A stretch of DNA of 64,000 bases from Zancudomyces culisetae HAW-14-8 (Eukaryota > Fungi > Kickxellomycota). This document shows, piece by piece, positions 1-10,828 of this stretch. The stretch covers positions 1,612,001 through 1,676,000 of the forward strand of contig JBNJNM010000013.1 of NCBI GenBank assembly GCA_052426225.1, written 5' to 3'. The first letter of the stretch is position 1. Each line of letters opens with the position of its first letter. The notes beneath the pieces are model-generated. The model saw only the letters and a program-made list of their open reading frames with translations, had not been told where the DNA came from and did not search any database. Both the position numbers and the translations under genes were made by a program.

Positions 1-1767
1 CTTAAAAACAAACTTTGCAACGCCCCAATTCTTTCCCACCCCAACTGGGATCTCGAGTTTATATTAACAACTGATGCTTCCGAAGATGGTATTGGTGCTA
101 TTTTATCCCAACTTACTGAACAGGGAGAAAAACCGATATCCTACGCAAGTAAAACAACAAATAAACATGAAAAAAATTACTCCATTACGCTCTTAGAGGC
201 TTTAGCAGTGGTCTGGGGTATAAAAAAATAAAAACATTACCTATGGGGTAAGCACTTTACCGTACGTACCGATCATAATTCATTGTTGAATTTGTTTGAT
301 GGGAAAGAAATCACTGGTCGTGTCGCGAGGTGGGCCATGATTTTACGCAATTATAATTATACAGTGGTACACTGCAAGGGTAAATCAAACCCAGCCGACA
401 TGTTATCAAGATTAGAAGCACCAAATCCTGTTGAAGAGGTAATAGATATAATTAGTATTGAAGAAATATCTAGTGAAGATATTATAGGGTACTTACAGAA
501 TAACCTCTTTTCTCCAGATGCAAACGCTAAATATAAAAAGAAGATCATTACAAAGTCTAAGAAATACAAAGTTATTGATAGTGCTTTATTTAAATTATGC
601 AAGGGAATATATAAAGAAGTTTTATTAGATAACAACGCACGTAAAGTTGTAGAAGAAATACATCAGGAAACTCATGAGGGTATCGAGAATACCTGGCGAC
701 GAGTGAGCAATAAGTATACGGGGAAGCGTCTGTTTGAATTAATAAAAACGGTAGTAAGGGAATGTAGTACCTGCCAAATGTATCAAGGAGGACGGGTAAG
801 ACGAAACGAAATTCACCCTATACACACGCATAAACCGTTCGGAATCTTTGGGCTCGATGCGATTGGTCCCATTAGCCCAATTACTGCTTCGGGTAACAGA
901 TACATCCTAACTGGAGTTGACTATTACACCTAATGGCCCGTTGCGGAAGCCGTAGATAATATAAAAACAGACACAATTATAAATTTTATAGTTACTAATA
1001 CTATTCAGCACTTCGGAACACCAGACCAAATCATAACAGATAGGGGTCCAGGTTTTGTAAGTGAAGCTGCCGATAAAGTATACAAATTTCTAGAGATTAA
1101 ACATACCCCTACTACCCCTTACAGACCGCAAAGTAACGGTCAGGTAGAGAGGTTAAATCAGACTTTAAAAAATGTACTAGCTAGGCAGTGTAAAAAAGAC
1201 AAGTTAAATTGGGACACCTACCTCTGGAAATCACTTCTTGCAATTCGTAATATGCGGAATCGAAGCACTGGATTTAGTCCAGCTGAATTACTATATGGTG
1301 TAACGCTCACTACACCTTCCATTTGGTCACCCCCCGCAGAAATTAGCGATTTGCAAATTACAATTCAAGAAAGGATCGACGCAATTCGTACTGAATTACC
1401 TGAACTTCGTGAGATCGGTCGAATTCGAAATCTAAAAGCAAAACAAAATATGTAAGAACGCTATGATAAACATGTAGTAATTTCGAATTTTGAAGTAAAT
1501 GATATGGTCATGAAATTGATTGAACAAGTAACGGAAAAATTTCAAGAGATTTGGGAAGGCCCATACCGTATAGAACAAAAACTAAGATCAGGTACTTACC
1601 TCATTTCTGACTCCGAAGGAAACCGCGACTTGGTAAATGGAGACATGCTAAAACGTTTTTATCACAGTAAAAACATGATTCCCGAAGTAACAACCACGTT
1701 AAGGTCAAAATTGAAAAGATTCAAAAACAGAGTAAGTCCAATTTGGGTGCCGGGATCTGTCGCATAA
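1..1767 (+). pseudogene. pol: Ty3/Gypsy LTR-retrotransposon pol, 3' part (RT connection/RNase H, H2C2 zinc finger, rve integrase, GPY/F region); inactivated
   Basis: A single reading frame from position 1 gives the RNase H motifs FILTTDAS.DGIGAILSQ, PISYASK, NYS..LEALAVVWG and FTVRTDHNSL. It then gives H-x3-H...C-x2-C, the integrase DDE residues (GLDAIGP, IITDRG, SNGQVERLN), TGFSPAELLYG and WEGPY. RNaseH-before-INT order indicates Gypsy. In-frame TAA at 229-231, 931-933 and 1453-1455; no chromodomain seen. Confidence 0.96.
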
Positions 1768-1842
1768 AATTGCGATATGAAACTAGAATTTCCAAAATTG
1801 GATTTTGGACCAATAGAATTTATTTTGTTTTTAACTAGGAAA

Positions 1843-1890
1843 TTGGACTCTTTTTTCCAAGAATTTTACTTGGTTTTTTTAATGAGCTAA
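1843..1890 (+). ncRNA. ENE-like U-rich internal-loop hairpin
   Basis: TTGG-A-CTC / GAG-CTAA lower stem, T6 and T7 internal loops, CCAAG/CTTGG upper stem. Confidence 0.55.
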
Positions 1891-2253
1891 ATTTGGTTAG
1901 GAAAAATGATTTTTATAATTAGGAGGATCAGGATTACAAAAAAAATTCAATACATTTTTACTATATACGAATACAAGAAGAGGTTCTAAAATAGAGTTAT
2001 AACATTGCTCGAACACTGAAGGTAGAGCTTTTATAACTTATAAATTTAAAAATCTACAGGAATTAAAATATAGTAATGAGTTTTAGTTGACAAAACTGTT
2101 ATATAGTGGAATTTTATACATGTATTTAATTGTATTTTATTGGTAAATTTAAATAGTATTATTTTATGCATTAAATAGTCTAGTTTTGAATTAATTAATA
2201 AATTGTCTTTTTCTCCCGCAATAATTATAGTACTAATATATATTAATAAAAGT

Positions 2254-2363
2254 CCCGTCCTGTATAATACTGGGTAATTATATTACTCAGTAGGAGCTTA
2301 AACATGTAATTATACAACAAATCACAAGTGTCGCATTATTAACAATTTGTACAATAGCACGTG
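2254..2363 (+). ncRNA. Pseudoknot RNA module, copy 1
   Basis: CCCGTCC-TGTATAA-[TACTGGGTAA/TTACTCAGTA hairpin]-GGAGCTTAAACATG...TTATACA. TGTATAA (2261-2267) pairs with TTATACA (2310-2316). Confidence 0.6.
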
Positions 2364-2741
2364 GATGTGCCTGAAAATGGTACACTCAGTGCGAAAATGC
2401 AAATTCATTTTTTGTTTACTTTTTTAAATAAATTCAAATAATTTTGAGCTCAGTATGCAATCAATTTTTTATACTGAGCTAGTTCAATAATGATGAATGT
2501 AAAATGTAAAATGATCCCATGCATTTTACATTTATCATTAATAACAAACAAATTATTAATAATATTATAACAATAGTCATATTTTAGTATATAGTTTATA
2601 TATAGTGGTTTTAAATTTGAATAATATATTTAAGGAGACGTATGGATGACACATGAAAACCTCATCCATGTCTCGATACGGAATACTATAATAAAATAAT
2701 TAAATAAAATCAAATATAAACCAAAAGATAAATTAGCAATA

Positions 2742-3104
2742 ATGTTTTTAAACAGTTGGATTGGAACCGAATGTGACTCCAGGAGGGAGTCACACACTTC
2801 TACCAGCATGAGCAGGGGCAGCAGCATGGATCAGGATGCAGGGGTATTAAGTCCCCGCACCCTTGGTGAGTTGACAGAAAGTGTCCGTCAACTCCAGATC
2901 CGTAGGAGCCCGGAAGAAATGTCGGTGAGTACAATTTCACCGACACTGTACAGGGGTATTAGCTCACCCGAGCACCCCTCGATGCACATTGCATTACGCA
3001 ATAGAAGTGCATCAACCATCAGTGATCGTACCAGAACAGGTATAACACGTGATGGTAGCGCTAATGGAAGCAGTGATACTTCGCATTATGCGACTGTCAT
3101 ATAA
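2742..3104 (+). CDS. Small Ser/Thr/Arg-rich ORF within the retroelement 3' region (possible start at ATG 2808)
   Basis: GC-rich open frame within very AT-rich surroundings; no recognisable domain. Confidence 0.45.
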   Translation: MFLNSWIGTECDSRRESHTSTSMSRGSSMDQDAGVLSPRTLGELTESVRQLQIRRSPEEMSVSTISPTLYRGISSPEHPSMHIALRNRSASTISDRTRTGITRDGSANGSSDTSHYATVI

Positions 3105-3196
3105 TTAATGATAGTTCATACCTTCTAGCTTTGATTGGCAGTTTATTTATCATATTTAGTTTATCATATTTATTTTATCATATTTATTTCATTGGA

Positions 3197-3234
3197 GATT
3201 GGACTTTTCTCCCTATGGAGGGTTTTATCCAATT
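3197..3234 (+). ncRNA. ENE-like hairpin
   Basis: ATTGGA-CTTTTCT-CCCT-ATGG-AGGG-TTTTA-TCCAAT; near-duplicate at 4061. Confidence 0.65.
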
Positions 3235-3550
3235 TCTATCCTTGATAACAGGTTAGTCGTTATCAGAAAAAGTTTTATATTTAGTTTTAGAGATAACAAA
3301 AGATATATATAATTTATACACAGTTTTGAAGAAGAAAAAGGGGGAATAAAAAGAAAACACGAGATACAAAAAATATAACTGTACTAACATCATAAAACGA
3401 ACTATTAGCAAGGGTGTAGGATAAAAACTATACAAGTGCGATAGAGTTCGGAGTTGAGTACAAGGCCCCTAAAAAGGCAAAGATATTAAAAATCTATTAC
3501 ACGACACTGTCGTATGAAAAATTGTATATTGTATAAAAATATTGAGTGTA

Positions 3551-3950
3551 TTACAGTACGACCAAGCTGTAATCACTATTACTTAATGTTTAAAATTGGT
3601 CCAGGACCTTCCTAAAATAACTAGTTAACTGTAGTTAAGAATCTTTTATTTAGTTATCGTTGGTATAATAATCGCTAGAAGTAAAGTATAAAATCCCGAA
3701 CAAGGTATCCTTAGATCTTGTCGTCGCTATTTAAGTAGTTTGTAATATAAAGTGCTATAAAATCCTAATAGTAATAAAGTAAAATTTTGTCTGATTGTTG
3801 CTGCACAAAGGAAAACCACAATGGTGAAAACAGATGTGCAAGCATCTGCAACAATCAGATAATCAGTATGAATAATAGAGATTTACAGTAGATTAACCTA
3901 CTATACATTATCATCTATATATTCATACGACAACACTGTCATATAGAAAT
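3551..3950 (+). ncRNA. GGTTCAGGAC-type structured module, copy A
   Basis: 5' hairpin TTACAG/CTGTAA with ACGAC loop; closing helix ATTACTTAA/TTAAGTAGT; core GGTCCAGGAC...AATCCCGAAC...GTCGTCGCTA; long hairpin 3790-3860; GAC/GTC-ATATAG junction. Confidence 0.55.
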
Positions 3951-4002
3951 GGATGGATTACCCCTTGTCAGAAATTGGTTAGGTAATTTATTAATGAGTC
4001 AT

Positions 4003-4004
<2 letters not shown>

Positions 4005-4046
<42 letters not shown>
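4005..4046. repeat. (TAT)n microsatellite
   Basis: About 14 perfect TAT units. Confidence 0.95.
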
Positions 4047-4060
4047 CATTTTATTGGGAA

Positions 4061-4095
4061 GATTGGACTTTTCTCCCTAGGAGGGTTTTTTCCTA
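4061..4095 (+). ncRNA. ENE-like hairpin (duplicate of 3197)
   Basis: GATTGGACTTTTCTCCCTAGGAGGGTTTTTTCCTA, followed by CCTTGATAACA as in the 3197 copy. Confidence 0.55.
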
Positions 4096-4374
4096 CTTCC
4101 TTGATAACAAGTTCGTGTTATCATTACTTTTATATAGGAGTTTGGATTTCTAGTTTTAAGAAAGAGATTATTATCAATTTTTATTAAGTATATCATAAAA
4201 AATAAACTACAATAGTAAAATATAACAAGTGTCTACTCAAAACTCAGTTATTAACATAAACGGTGAGCTTAAACACTATCCGTGAAGGAAGTAACTAGTG
4301 TATTGACACTGTGCACCCATAACGGGTAATATAATATAAATTTTAAATATTACAACATGTCATATAGCGAAATG

Positions 4375-4420
4375 TTCGTGTTGGATTTTTTTCCGAAAGG
4401 TTTTTTTTATCCAATCGAAC
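4375..4420 (+). ncRNA. ENE-like hairpin with GAAA tetraloop
   Basis: GTTCG-TG-TTGGA-T7-CC-GAAA-GG-T8-A-TCCAA-T-CGAAC; same layout as the KSHV PAN ENE core. Confidence 0.7.
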
Positions 4421-4767
4421 ACCTATCAATAGTTTATTTTTATTCTTAATTATTTAGTATTTAATATCAAAAAATGGCACAAAGGTGCAGAGAAAAAACA
4501 ACATATATAATTAGTTTTTTGAATCTAACTTTTTTTACATAATCAATAACTATTAGTTTTATTCTTATTACCTAATAACGCTATCGTAAATAAACAAATC
4601 AAGATTAATAGTATAAGTATCTAAGTATAAATATAATAATTAAAACATAAACAAGCATACACGGTTGAGATACTAGCTACACAACCGGAACCAGAAGTAG
4701 CTGAATTAAACAGCAGGCTACTCAAACGTACTGATCACATAGTACATAAAAAATATAACAAACTTAA

Positions 4768-4841
4768 GCTCTGTTAGCTCAGCTGGTTAGAGCGTGGTGC
4801 TAATAACGCCAAGGTCACAGGTTCGATCCCTGTACAGAGCA
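4768..4841 (+). tRNA. tRNA-Ile (anticodon AAT)
   Basis: Acceptor stem GCTCTGT/ACAGAGC, D-arm GCTC/GAGC, anticodon arm TGGTG-CT AAT AA-CGCCA, T-loop GTTCGAT, downstream T-run Pol III terminator. Confidence 0.97.
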
Positions 4842-5454
4842 TTTACTTTTTGCTCAGTTATTTTGATTTGTATACATTTTTTTTCAATGTTGATGTTGGT
4901 TTTTTTCGATAGTGAAAAGTCTTATAGTAGAGTTTCAGGACTACTAACGAAAGCGATACGGAGTTTTTGAAATTATCTATATTGGTTATTTGTGATAGAC
5001 GAAACTGACATCGTTAATATAGGTTAGTAGTTAGTTAAACTTAATCATATTAATACTTCTAAACTAAACTTATCTATGTATATGCATTTTATGCCCTGTG
5101 AAAATTACAACACTTAATCAGCGTAATTTTATTCATGTATAGTTTATAATAGTTTGTTTAATACAACTGAAAAATAAAAATTTTAGAGATTTAGGCTTGA
5201 GTAAAGCAGACTTAATCTTTGCTTTACCGAGCTTAGTGATCATTTTAGTTGAAATTTATTTTAATTTTTGACTTTTTTTTTACACATAAGAGATTGTTTA
5301 ACATTATTTTAATAATTTTTTAACTTTTTGTTTTTACTGATAATAAGCATTTTTTATTAAACACATTTATAAAAGATTAAATAAAATAATCACAACTCTT
5401 TTGCTATTATATTATTCAGCATGTTGTTCTAACAAATATATATTGCAAAATGGT

Positions 5455-5676
5455 TTGGACTATTTGCGGATGGTATCGTGAGCAATCATATATATCCTGT
5501 TGGGCTCTTTGTTTGATAAAAAACATAATTTATGATATCAGCAAACGGATTTCGTGATTCTTCGGGATCTAACTCCACTGAAGCCGCTCCCGAACGATCA
5601 CTATTAGATGATTATCAACCCTCATCTTTAGCTGTCTGTATCATGCGGTTCAGATTTTACTCACAAACCCTGGCAT
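5455..5676 (-). pseudogene. Decayed homolog of the small ORF at 17122 (third retroelement relic, inverted)
   Basis: The minus strand reads MPGFVSKI*TA/MIQTAKDEG**SSNSDRSGAASVELDPEESRNPFA (one frameshift). The 17122 ORF reads MSGLMGHLRAAIIQRFKDEGRYSSDSDRSEATSMEIEPEASRDPFS. Confidence 0.8.
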
Positions 5677-7713
5677 GTTTGTAATGCGATTTTAACTGTT
5701 TTCTTTTATCTTTATACTTGATATTTATTAACTAGTCGTAGCAGTATTTCAAATAAACTTAATTATTACCATCTTTAACTTCTGTCCACAATTTTTACTA
5801 TTTATCTTGTTTTCTTTTACTTATTAAAACTATTAGAATAGCTAAGGAATCTTCTAATGAACTTCCATTGTTTATATATGATCCTAATTAATAAAAAACA
5901 CCAATGACCATATTTAATCAAATTGTGTTATATTTAGAGCTACTCCATCTTTAGCTTGTGACTTCATTTTAACATAAATTTTCAATATTTTCTTTTACCC
6001 TGTATTAAACTATTGATACACCTATAAAAATACTTTTTTTAAACTTTTTCTTAAACATTGTTCTAGTTTAATGTTACTTATATGCTTACATTTTCTTTAT
6101 TATTAGTCATTTTTAGTTTTTGAGTTTTCTTTACAATTTAGCTGATTTATATTGTTATTAAATTTTGTATTTTTGGTTTCTCAACCTTAATTCTTAGTAT
6201 TCCGTATTAAATCCAACAACGCACTGCAGTATGTTATTGTTTAAATCAAATTTATCCAAATGATTTACATATGGTTATTACTCTCCAATATTAGTTAATC
6301 AAATTTGTATTTATAGATATTTATATATTATTGACTATTTAGTATTGACTGAGATGGGTAATTTGAAGTTGACAGTTTATCTTGTACCTGAATAATAGAA
6401 TAGTATAAGTGTTTTCGTTTTATTCAATACTTTCATATCTTTAGTCACTCTTTATATTGTTCCTGGTTATTTTATTTCTGGAATAAATGAATAAACAAAA
6501 TATCATATATTATAGCTAATGTTTATTATGGCTCTTAAACCTAAGTTGTTCAATAAAGCGGTTATCAGCCTGTACCTAAATATTCAAAGTTTAATTTTTT
6601 TGTATACTAGATTCTTTATGAAACTCGACTTTAGAATAGACATAGATTGGTAGAAATAAAAATTAAGGATCCATTCAACGCAATTTAGCTTGACTGAAGC
6701 AATTGGTAAACCCAAGGATCTAGTATACAGTGATTTGCACCATATTGCAAAGTTGTAAAACAAAGTTTGTGGCATTGACTTGTGTAGGTATTTTTGAGAT
6801 AGATAGTACTCTTTTGACAGCTTTTTTACGTTCTATAAAGTTGCTCACTAAGGTCAAACTGGATCCAAAAACTCGTTTTTTTTTGCCCATATTAATCTGG
6901 TAATTGGATCTTGAACATCAACTACTTTACATGTAAATACATTTAGAAATATTAAATATGATGGAACTATTAAATAGTCGGTGGTAGGCTTTATACTATG
7001 TTGCGGTTCCTGAATAACTTGTGTTATTTGTGTCTGACTACAAATTAAACAAATTCTGTAAAAACCGATAACATCCTAATTACCAACACAATAACTTATT
7101 CAGACTCTACCCTTACTCAAAATGCTCAAAGAATAAGCACTTGTCTTTGCTAAACCCGTCTACTGTGTCTTTTCCATTCATTAACACTTTTAAAGAATTG
7201 GCATGTCAGAAACAAGATATTTAAGAGTACCAGCTCAACAGCAGTCAACTATCTACTCGTATAGTTAAGACTCAATACTAACTCTCATTTGATTCAAAAA
7301 TTAGAATGTATCATCTGATTTTATCCAGTTTATTAAAGATGTTAGCACATGAATTGTTACTAAATTTTTTAACACTTGTATGGATATACTCAACATATCC
7401 AGGGTTAGCAACCAGACCTTCTTTCTATGATATTTACATTAACTGCGGAGCTAAATATATCACAGGTCTATTCTAAATAATATCTAAAAAGTATTAGTCT
7501 AAATAGTTTTTTTTAGTTATTTTTCTTTGAATGGGTAGTATACCCGTTTTATTTACTTTGTGCTTTTTTTTAAATATATTGTGGTCACAGTTGATTGTTA
7601 AAATGATTTTATTTTAAAATTACCTCTTCATGTTTTTTAAAAGAATGAAATTGAAATAAAAATCCATGCAGTTAATGTTTTATTTAATAGGATGAAAATC
7701 TAAAACCTAGAAA

Positions 7714-8268
7714 TTAGGTTCTCTTGACCTTGAGCCAAGCAAATGAAACTGCATTTCCTCCAAGAACATCAGCTACATTGGCGATGGTCTTGGATGATGA
7801 TCTGCGGACGATTTGGCATTTTCCAGTACAATCCTTTGCTGCACAGACCACAATAACACCCTTTCCTGGCTTGGTCAATCCACTCTTCTTTCCAAGCTTG
7901 ATTGATGCGAATTCATCAGTGTTGTAGCACTTTCCGCGTCTGACGCTGCGCTTGCTGATTTTTTGGCCAAAGTTAGCAGCCTTGTACAATCTAACACTTG
8001 TTCTCTTGGCCTTGCGTCCACCACGGCCACGACCACGCATATCATTGAATTCACAACCAGACATATCGTTATTGTATTCAGAATCGGCTAGGTCATTGTT
8101 GTATTCAGCATTAGCTAGGTCGTTGTTGTATTCAGCATTAGCAAGATCGTTGTTGTATTTGGAATCGGCAAGTTCATTGTTATATTCCTGCTGGGCATTG
8201 TTTAGTTTTACTGCACTGGCCATGGTTGAACCTAGGAGCAAGGCACTGACTAATACTGATTTGAACAT
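7714..8268 (-). CDS. Small secreted protein: signal peptide, acidic 7-aa repeats, dibasic site, then a cationic Cys-containing C-terminal domain
   Basis: MFKSVLVSALLLGSTMASA signal; (EYNNDLA[N/D]) repeats; KAKR; K/R-rich mature part with 4 Cys; intronless, TATA-like TATAAA upstream. Confidence 0.85.
   Translation of the reverse strand: MFKSVLVSALLLGSTMASAVKLNNAQQEYNNELADSKYNNDLANAEYNNDLANAEYNNDLADSEYNNDMSGCEFNDMRGRGRGGRKAKRTSVRLYKAANFGQKISKRSVRRGKCYNTDEFASIKLGKKSGLTKPGKGVIVVCAAKDCTGKCQIVRRSSSKTIANVADVLGGNAVSFAWLKVKRT
8042..8187 (-). repeat. 21-bp coding tandem repeat (about 6-7 units)
   Basis: Repeated GTCRTTGTTGTATTCAGCATTAGC-like units encoding NAEYNND. Confidence 0.9.
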
Positions 8269-10828
8269 TTTGGCTATTTGTGATTTGGTTTAGTTTTGTT
8301 TTGTTTTTGGTCTGTTTGTTTTTTTTCCTGGTTGAAATGATGTTGTGTTTTGTTTAAATTATGTGGTAAAAACCTTACCTTTATATACTTTTGATAAAGG
8401 CACAATAGTCTCACAATTCACATTATTAATACACTAATACACAAGATAATGTGAATACCATTGAATAGTTTGTATACGTTGTAATACATTAGTAAATTAT
8501 TTGTTGGAGGAGGCTTTGTACATCAATATTGTGGTCTAGAATAGTATCAATAACACATAGGTATCTTGGAATACACCAGTTTCTTGCAATAATACTGTAT
8601 TCTATAATATATTCATAAATTTAGCTTATTTGAATAAACTCACTTTTAAATTCTAGCAATTGTACATTTTTTTATTTTGAGGGTAATTTAAAGTTATTCT
8701 GCTCTTGACCTGGTTTTTATTTGAAGCTGGTGTAGTTGAATAGATCTGCGTTTATCAATTTTGTGTATTGGAGAAGCACTATCTGAAATTTCACTGGCAG
8801 AGAATAAAAAATAGAGGGAGAAAAACTCTGTTTATAGTGTAAATAGTGGTTTTAGAAGATAATAGTTGTAATTCCATTTACCAGAGTTGTATCCATTCGC
8901 TTGTAGCAATTATATTGGAACAGCGAATTTGTAGATCAAGAAATATATTAATTTTGAAATGGACAATAAACTAGCCAATTTAACTTTTGTTAATAAAAGT
9001 TTACTGGGTATATTATGATCAACTAAAAAAATCAAGAACACTTTTGATAATAAGAAAAAGCCAGAATTTCGGTGATCGATTTCGTTAAACTTCGTTGCTG
9101 CCACATATCAAAAGTTTAGGTATATAGTGAATTTAATTTATTTCCTAGAAATTAAATAGGAATTAATTAAAATCGAAATCTAGGCGTTGATTGAACCAAC
9201 AGCTGGTAAGTATGGAGTTCTTAGAAAGACAAAAAGAGAGTGATTGGATAACCATGTATGTTGCTTTATTGCTTCTATATTGCTGTTTATTTAATAAGTT
9301 CGTCGTGCAAGTGTAATATTTCTATATACATGTCCTCAGTATTCATTTTTGTCATGTTTTTTTTCCTTTCAAATCCTCTTAAACCATTCTACAGTGTTTA
9401 TAGACCTTGGGCATAATTTATTATATCTGTATAGTTTATTACATTATTTTTTGCTTATCATATGTTTGTTTTGACATGATAATCAAGTCAATACTTCGTA
9501 GTAGCGTGTATGAATCAACTAGACTATGTGGTATACTAGCACAAATACCAAACATGCCGTAACTGTTTAGTATTTCTTGGATGGTTTCAACTCTTGCAAT
9601 TCTCTTTCTAGTTTCAAGTATCCAGCAAATATTTAAACTTGTTCTTGACTTGTCACGCCCAGAACTGAAAGATTGGTGCTAGTGAATTTTTGTGTGAACG
9701 GCTCTTGGGTTCCTTGGCTTAATGGAAATAGCATATCAATTAATAACTGATCTGAACAAACGCTTATTCTTGGAAAACAACAGGTGATCATCATTTTTAG
9801 GTTTATGTGAAAATAAACTTATTGATCTAACTATCCAGAAGCTAATGAAAGCAAGGGTCTTTTGAACAGAATAACTGATGCGTTGACTATGCTGAAACTG
9901 TTGATTAATGGTAGGATATACCCCTTTCTGTAACCAAAGAAAGTGCAAAAGTAAAAGCTGAAGCTAAATGTTACAAAGTTGAGTAATGTTGATAAAGGAA
10001 TTCGTCCAAGTCTTTTTGAGTTCATGTTACTATTTTTCATATTCTACATTCAACCAATACTTATGGCTCTTCTATGGTTATATTTACAGGAAAAGCACAT
10101 TTTACCAATATACTGTCACTTTCAATTTGGTTAGGCTCCGAATGGATATGATACCAATCGAGCTCATTTACCATCTATCTATTTCTCTTTTGTTGTATGC
10201 AATCTTTGTGTACCAAACCACCGCTTCCAGAAAAAATACAAAAAATAAAAGATGAAATCATCACTTTTCGATAATTTTAATAGGTTGAAAATACACGATA
10301 GGTGTGACTGACTTTTTATTGATTTCATCAAGCTTTTTTACAGGTTTTATTTTATTATTAATTTGTTGGTCGCTCAACAATTGGCATTACAAGCTTCTTG
10401 GTTATGTCATATATTTGTTCTGTATCTACTTTTTTTTACTATTTCAGTTAAATCGTTTGATGCTGCGCATCAATTACTAGGCCAAAAATACAATTAAATA
10501 TATTTAGTCACCAAAAAATAGTTTCAAATGCTAGAAAGCTAAGAAATCCAATAAAGGCAAACAAAAGTTGTTACACCAAATTCAAATCAATAATCTAATA
10601 AACATTTAATCTAAATCAAATCAAAAACAAGTCCAAATCAATTTCATAGAACACTAAAACCAATAAGCATCAACAAGATAAAGTGAGATTGAAATAAAAT
10701 TATTACCCAGGATATGTATAAAAGGGGAACAGGCAGAATTCCAAGACATAAACCCCATCTTAATTATCCTTTTATCCCTATAATATCGTATACCTTACAA
10801 TTAATTAGTAAAAAGACGGATTACTGAA

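Larger units (their letters stand above)
1..4760 (+). mobile_element. Ty3/Gypsy element (5'-truncated by window edge) with ~3 kb structured 3' region
   Basis: pol continues into a region that shares several motifs with 17120-20840 and ends 7 nt before tRNA-Ile. The exact 3' LTR boundary could not be fixed. Confidence 0.65.

Noticed and set aside
229-1455. Three in-frame TAA codons in pol as stop-codon reassignment or readthrough
   Set aside because: They align to different expected residues (aromatic, Lys, Lys) and host genes here end in TAA; simple nonsense mutations. Not a RIP-type C->T pattern either.
3598-3730. Hammerhead, VS, hairpin or HDV ribozyme assignment for the modules
   Set aside because: Diagnostic cores (CUGAUGA/GAAA; hairpin loop B; HDV P3-L3-P1.1) are absent; only short word matches
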